IMG/VR virus record: IMGVR_UViG_3300035199_001165
Coordinates: 1 to 27,562 of that record
Source: a virus
Lineage: Duplodnaviria; Caudoviricetes
DNA: 27,562 nt
Reading direction: 5' to 3' (one strand)
Below the pieces are notes generated by a model that was not told the DNA's origin, ran no database searches, and worked only from the letters and a program-made list of their open reading frames with translations. Both the position numbers and the translations under genes were made by a program. Below, one piece after another: positions 23,436 to 27,562 of this stretch; within the stretch, counting starts at the first letter, position 1, and the number at the start of each line of letters is the position of its first letter.

Positions 23436-24194
23436 TCAGCTATTGCTGCCGTCGAGTCCATGCTCGGCACTTCCGCCAGTCGCTTCATAGATGCGCTTCA
23501 TAACTTCGATCTTTAGTTCGTCGACTGACTCGTACTCTTCTGTAGAAATCTCAACCGAAGCAAATATCAATTTTCCAATTTGCTTCTGAAGTTCATCCTT
23601 ATCCTTAATCAGCGGAGCTACCTTTTCTAACTTAATCTCGTTGGATAAACCAGAGTCCATAACCTTCATTGCGGCGGCGATCTTTCCATCTTGCGTTCTT
23701 TGAAGATATGAGATCAGTTGATCGATTAGCCTAAGCTGGACTTCTTTGTAGGCAATTATTCTAGCTCGCCGATTTTGTTCCTCTGCATCCGCAAGCTGTA
23801 GGCGCTGCAACTTGATCGAATGGCGCTGGGAATTCGCCATCTCGGACATTTCTCTGCGCTGAGTATCAAGAAGCTCCCTCTGCAGATAAACGGTCTTGAG
23901 AACAGCGAGCAGCGTTACGAACGAGACAAGTGGACCAAATACCCCGCCGATGTATGAACCGAATGCAGCCCAATCGTCTGGACTAGTTGAGAGGGGTCCG
24001 GGAAATGGAATTCGATAAAAACATACCGCTGCCAGCACCGAAATAAGGATGCCAACAATGGAGGCTTCGATTATCCATCTAGTAAATACTTGGCGGATAG
24101 AACGCGCACCTCCTACACCACCACGCATTTCCTCCTCAATCTTGCTCACCCCATCTTCTGAAGTTTGCGCGCTCCCGTCCATTAGCGTCTCCAT
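23436..24194 (-). CDS. Two-TM coiled-coil membrane protein with a putative-AbiC-like N-terminus
   Basis: DWAAFGSYIGGVFGPLVSFVTLLAVLKTVYLQRELL resembles the N-terminal membrane module of putative phage abortive infection proteins. Start uncertain (24194 or 24182). Confidence 0.7.
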   Translation of the reverse strand: METLMDGSAQTSEDGVSKIEEEMRGGVGGARSIRQVFTRWIIEASIVGILISVLAAVCFYRIPFPGPLSTSPDDWAAFGSYIGGVFGPLVSFVTLLAVLKTVYLQRELLDTQRREMSEMANSQRHSIKLQRLQLADAEEQNRRARIIAYKEVQLRLIDQLISYLQRTQDGKIAAAMKVMDSGLSNEIKLEKVAPLIKDKDELQKQIGKLIFASVEISTEEYESVDELKIEVMKRIYEATGGSAEHGLDGSNS

Positions 24195-24228
24195 CTACGA
24201 CGACCTTAAAACGCGCAAGTCTTACTCA

Positions 24229-24253
24229 ACTCCATGCCATAGCGCCACTACGG
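24229..24253. repeat. Direct repeat B, copy 2
   Basis: ACTCCATGCCATAGCGCCACTACGG, upstream of the antisense membrane gene and just before the RBS of the 24272 gene. Confidence 0.85.
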
Positions 24254-24271
24254 CGAAGGAAGGAATCCCCT

Positions 24272-24478
24272 ATGCCCAATCAAAATGAACCGCTGGCCAT
24301 CGCTGGAATCAACCCGGCCGATCGGCGCTGCTGCTTGGTTGCCCAGCAGTCAGTCGAAGATGTCATGGAAGCCTTGGAGCAAGGCCTGATCATCGTCCCA
24401 GTGACGGCCGATACAGCTCGCGAGATTTTCGGCCAAACCATCGACGACTTGTGCGTGATCGCCCGATGCGCCGAGTGA
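24272..24478 (+). CDS. Hypothetical protein (68 aa)
   Basis: AAGGAAGGA RBS. Confidence 0.6.
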   Translation: MPNQNEPLAIAGINPADRRCCLVAQQSVEDVMEALEQGLIIVPVTADTAREIFGQTIDDLCVIARCAE

Positions 24479-24594
24479 TCTTCTGCCGCCACACCGGCAA
24501 GCCAATGCCCTGTGGCTGCCTGAACTGCATCCCCGTTCCACCCAAGTCCTGATCCATCCCATCGACCCGCCACACCCGCCAGGGAGGCTCTTCA

Positions 24595-24978
24595 ATGCAA
24601 CCGATCATCTACGTAGCCGGCCCATACCGTGGGCCGGACAGGGAAGCTATTGCCGCCAATATCGAGGCAGCCCGCCGCCTGGCGCTCTACGTCTGCACTC
24701 TGGGCTGGTTCCCGCTCGTACCGCACATGAATACCGCCCACATGGATGCCGACCTGCCCGACCTGGGCGATGCGTTCTGGCTGCGCGGGACCATGGAATT
24801 GATGGAGCGCTGCGACGCCGTGGTGCTGATCGAGGGCTGGGGCCACTCCGACGGCACCCTGGCCGAGATTGCCCGGGCCGACGCCCTGCGCCTCCCCATC
24901 TTCCGCTCGAGCGACCTGCTACCCAGCGCCGCCGAGTTCATCGACTACCTCTTTGCCAAGGAAGGAGAGCCTGCATGA
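24595..24978 (+). CDS. DUF4406/DUF1937-like protein (nucleoside 2-deoxyribosyltransferase-like fold)
   Basis: IYVAGPY...PH...CDAVVLIEGW..SDG..AE motif; GGAGG RBS. Confidence 0.8.
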   Translation: MQPIIYVAGPYRGPDREAIAANIEAARRLALYVCTLGWFPLVPHMNTAHMDADLPDLGDAFWLRGTMELMERCDAVVLIEGWGHSDGTLAEIARADALRLPIFRSSDLLPSAAEFIDYLFAKEGEPA

Positions 24979-25346
24979 GCACCGACCGCGAACTGCTGGA
25001 ACTGGCTGCGAGGGCTGTCGGCTACGACACGGACCATAGCTGGAACGCTTCGCGCCTTGAGATGGATCCGCCAGTGATTGCCATGGTCGTCCATGATGCC
25101 GCCGGCGAACTGGTCAGCACCGGCTGGAATCCGCTGGACAACGACGGCGACGCCCTGCGGCTGGCTGTGCGGCTCAAGTTGGAAATCGAGCAAAACCAGG
25201 TGTCGGAATCGGAAGAGTCGTGGTGCTGCGTATCGGGATACGGACTTTCCGTCATGGAAGAGTTTCGGTCGGAGCCGTCGCGGTTTGAAGCCACACGCCG
25301 CGCCATAGTCCGCGCTGCTGCCGAGATAGGGAGATCAATGCCATGA
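24975..25346 (+). CDS. Conserved phage early protein
   Basis: TDRELLELAARAVG...WNPL..DGDALRLAV...ATRRAIVRAAAEIG pattern; ATGA coupling. Confidence 0.78.
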   Translation: MSTDRELLELAARAVGYDTDHSWNASRLEMDPPVIAMVVHDAAGELVSTGWNPLDNDGDALRLAVRLKLEIEQNQVSESEESWCCVSGYGLSVMEEFRSEPSRFEATRRAIVRAAAEIGRSMP

Positions 25347-25555
25347 CCACCAGCATGCAGCCCTCCGCCATCCAGCGCCGCATCGAGCAGCAGCTCCAGG
25401 GCGCCAGCATCTACCTCCACAAATCCAGCGGCGTCCGCTACCGGGTGGCCTACACCTCCGGCGGCGTCAGCGAACTCCACCCCATCAGCGGCGCCAGCAG
25501 GCAAGTGCCAGAAGAGCAGCTGAGCAACGCGGAAGTCTGGGAGCGCCAGCCATGA
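25343..25555 (+). CDS. Hypothetical protein (70 aa)
   Basis: ATGA overlap with the upstream gene; GGAG RBS. Confidence 0.65.
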   Translation: MTTSMQPSAIQRRIEQQLQGASIYLHKSSGVRYRVAYTSGGVSELHPISGASRQVPEEQLSNAEVWERQP

Positions 25556-25575
25556 CCGCCAATGCGGAGAGAGGA

Positions 25576-25797
25576 TTAGAAATCGTAACCCTCCTGCCAC
25601 CCATCGTGCTCAGCCTCGGCGGAGAACATTTCATCCTCAATCCCTGAATAGTTCATCATCGATCCCGTCTCGTCATGCTCGTAGTTTTCACTGCCGGGCG
25701 TGTCGTATCCGGTGTGGTTGCCGACAACCCTCAGAGCGTCCTCCGGACCTTGTTCATCAAGAGAAGAAACCAAGCTGTTTTCTTTTGGCGCAGTCAT
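25576..25797 (-). CDS. Small highly acidic antisense protein (73 aa)
   Basis: GGGAGAG RBS before ATG 25797; 18 D/E versus 2 K/R. Confidence 0.6.
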   Translation of the reverse strand: MTAPKENSLVSSLDEQGPEDALRVVGNHTGYDTPGSENYEHDETGSMMNYSGIEDEMFSAEAEHDGWQEGYDF

Positions 25798-25938
25798 GGG
25801 GAACTCTCCCTGCGTGGCAGACATGTTGGTATCGCTCGACTCGAAACTTGCCTCGTACCACGTTAGCCAATCCTGACCGCACCGCCATCTTCCCTGCCCC
25901 ACCAACTGGCGGCGAGAGTCGGCGGAGAGAGGTTTCGC

Positions 25939-26157
25939 ATGCCCTGCATCCGCTTCGGCGGGGCCATCGTCTGTGTCAGCCCGAACTTCCGCCTGCCGCT
26001 CGAGGATGGCCGGCGGGTATTCATGGAATGGCACAGCTACCTGGGCCCCACCTTCTTTCACGACCGCGCCAGGTCTTGCATCAACGAGACCTGGTACGAA
26101 GACCCATTGATCTGTAAGGCGCTCGACTGGTTCACCGGTCGCGGCTGCCGCGCATAA
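25939..26157 (+). CDS. Hypothetical protein (72 aa)
   Basis: GGAGAGAGG RBS; FMEWHSYLGPTFF motif. Confidence 0.65.
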   Translation: MPCIRFGGAIVCVSPNFRLPLEDGRRVFMEWHSYLGPTFFHDRARSCINETWYEDPLICKALDWFTGRGCRA

Positions 26158-26192
26158 CCCAGCGCCAGCGCTGACCAGTGAGGTAATCCACC

Positions 26193-26528
26193 ATGTCCGC
26201 AGCAGAAAAAGACGATGGGTTGGACAAGGTTTCCGAGAAGCAGATGGCCGCGCTACTCGGTACCACGGTCCGGTCCCTCCAGGCGCGCCGCGCCCGCAAG
26301 CAAATCCCGGAAGGCGTCTGGATCAAAAACGGCCGCCAGATCATCTACAGCAAACGGAGATATGACGAATGGCTCGAGAGTCAGTGGGTATGCCCACCGG
26401 GGTGGAACTCTTCCGCAACTCCCTCCGTATTCGCTTCACCTGGCACGGACGACGCTGCAGTGAAACGCTCCCGTATCCCACCACGCAAAAGGGGATCAAG
26501 GCTGCATCCCAGCTTAGGGATCAGGTAG
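26193..26528 (+). CDS. xis: Putative excisionase
   Basis: Winged-helix-like SEKQMAALLGTTVRSLQARR...IPEGVW...IIYS..RYDEW; GAGGT RBS; directly upstream of and overlapping the integrase. Confidence 0.7.
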   Translation: MSAAEKDDGLDKVSEKQMAALLGTTVRSLQARRARKQIPEGVWIKNGRQIIYSKRRYDEWLESQWVCPPGWNSSATPSVFASPGTDDAAVKRSRIPPRKRGSRLHPSLGIR

Positions 26529-27562
26529 TCGGCCTGATCAAGCTCGGCCTCCTGGATGACGCCAAGTATGCCGAGCTGTTCCCCTGGTCGAGCGGTGCAG
26601 CCGGTGGCGGCCACCGCTTTAACGACTACGCCCAGCTCTGGCTGGACAGCCGCGAGATCACCCCGGGCACCTACCAGAACTACAAGAGCTGCCTGAACCT
26701 GTACTGGATGCCACACCTGGCGCTGACCCGGATCGACCTGATCACCACGACCGCCCTACGTCGCATTCTCTCGGCAACGGAGTGGACCTCACCGGGGGTT
26801 AAGCGCAATGCGATCGTGCGGATCTCGACGATCCTTAAAGCTGCGGTGGCAGATGGATTGATTGATAAGAACCCAGCAGAGCCGCTGGAGCTACCGCGGC
26901 GTGCGCGGAAGGAGATCGACCCGTTCACCCTGGAGGAGGCGACCCAGATCATTGAGAGGCTGTACCAGATGGAGCATTGGCCGAGCCGCATCTACGCGGC
27001 CCTGTTCGAGTTCCTATTCTTCACCGGCTTGCGCATTTCCGAGGCACTGGCCCTGCGCTGGGAGTCGGTGAACGTGGAGAAGCGCCAGGTGCACGTCTGC
27101 CGCACAGTGGCCCTGGGTGAGGTGGTGGAGCGGACCAAGACGGGTAATGACCGTTTCGTCCTGCTCAACGAGCGGGCCCTGAACGCCCTCCAGTATGCCA
27201 AGGAGTATGCCGAGCGTCGGAAAAACGGCAAAGGAAAGGTGAAAGAGACTCCCTACGTTTTCCCGCCCTCGAAGAACCGGGAGTACGTCACGCAGACCTC
27301 CGACGTGCATTTCCAGTGGCGCCCTACCCTGGCCGCACTCGGGATCAGATACCGCCCGCCATACAATTGCCGTCACACCTATGCGACAATCTGCTTAATG
27401 TCCGGCATGAACCCCGCCTTCATCTCCCAGCAGCTTGGCCACAGCGTCCAGATGTTGCTGTCGACGTATGCCCGCTGGATCAACTCCTGCTCCGACTGGA
27501 GCGAGCTTGAAAAGTTGAATATCGGTATCAAATCGGTATCAGCCGAAGGCGCCACTTCGTAA
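26369..27562 (+). CDS. int: Tyrosine integrase with N-terminal arm-binding domain
   Basis: TGLRISE (R), RTKT (K), YNCRHT (YxxR variant of HxxR), LGHS and TYARW (Y); N-terminal LRIRFTWHGRRCSE. Stop codon at 27560-27562. Confidence 0.95.
   Translation: MARESVGMPTGVELFRNSLRIRFTWHGRRCSETLPYPTTQKGIKAASQLRDQVVGLIKLGLLDDAKYAELFPWSSGAAGGGHRFNDYAQLWLDSREITPGTYQNYKSCLNLYWMPHLALTRIDLITTTALRRILSATEWTSPGVKRNAIVRISTILKAAVADGLIDKNPAEPLELPRRARKEIDPFTLEEATQIIERLYQMEHWPSRIYAALFEFLFFTGLRISEALALRWESVNVEKRQVHVCRTVALGEVVERTKTGNDRFVLLNERALNALQYAKEYAERRKNGKGKVKETPYVFPPSKNREYVTQTSDVHFQWRPTLAALGIRYRPPYNCRHTYATICLMSGMNPAFISQQLGHSVQMLLSTYARWINSCSDWSELEKLNIGIKSVSAEGATS
27521..27541 (+). repeat. Tandem 10-bp repeat, candidate integrase arm-type sites
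   Basis: ATCGGTATCA at 27521 and 27532 (11-bp period) at the 3' end of int. Confidence 0.55.

Noticed and set aside
21688-24253. Repeats A and B as integron attC sites or IS ends
   Set aside because: They lack the RYYYAAC...GTTRRRY palindromic structure and terminal inverted repeats, and there is no transposase or integron integrase in the window.

Overview
This window is the early half of a lambdoid temperate prophage, probably from Pseudomonas (inferred from high GC and the gene families present). Reading left to right: the 5' end of a putative holin, a late-promoter/terminator region and a Q-position gene; a nin region (NinG, NinB, PD-(D/E)XK nuclease); P-like and O-like replication genes with six iterons inside O; a CII-position gene; the cro/cI switch with three 16-bp operators; and a ~6 kb accessory block between cI and OL. 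That block holds three lipoproteins, a coupled His-motif plus DUF1828/DUF1829-like pair, a GIY-YIG/T5orf172 protein, SRAP and a LexA-controlled DUF1654 gene. Next come OL/PL with a hairpin-rich boxA leader, a ~200-nt tRNA-shaped structured RNA, the ERF-Exo-SSB recombination module, a repeat-containing C5 methyltransferase, a repeat-bounded two-cassette locus (stand-alone SIR2 and an AbiC-like membrane protein), small early genes, excisionase and integrase. The most promising novelty candidates are the tRNA-mimic ncRNA, the repeat-bounded cassette locus and the DUF1828/1829-like two-gene module. All family assignments come from motif recognition by eye; no database searches were run.
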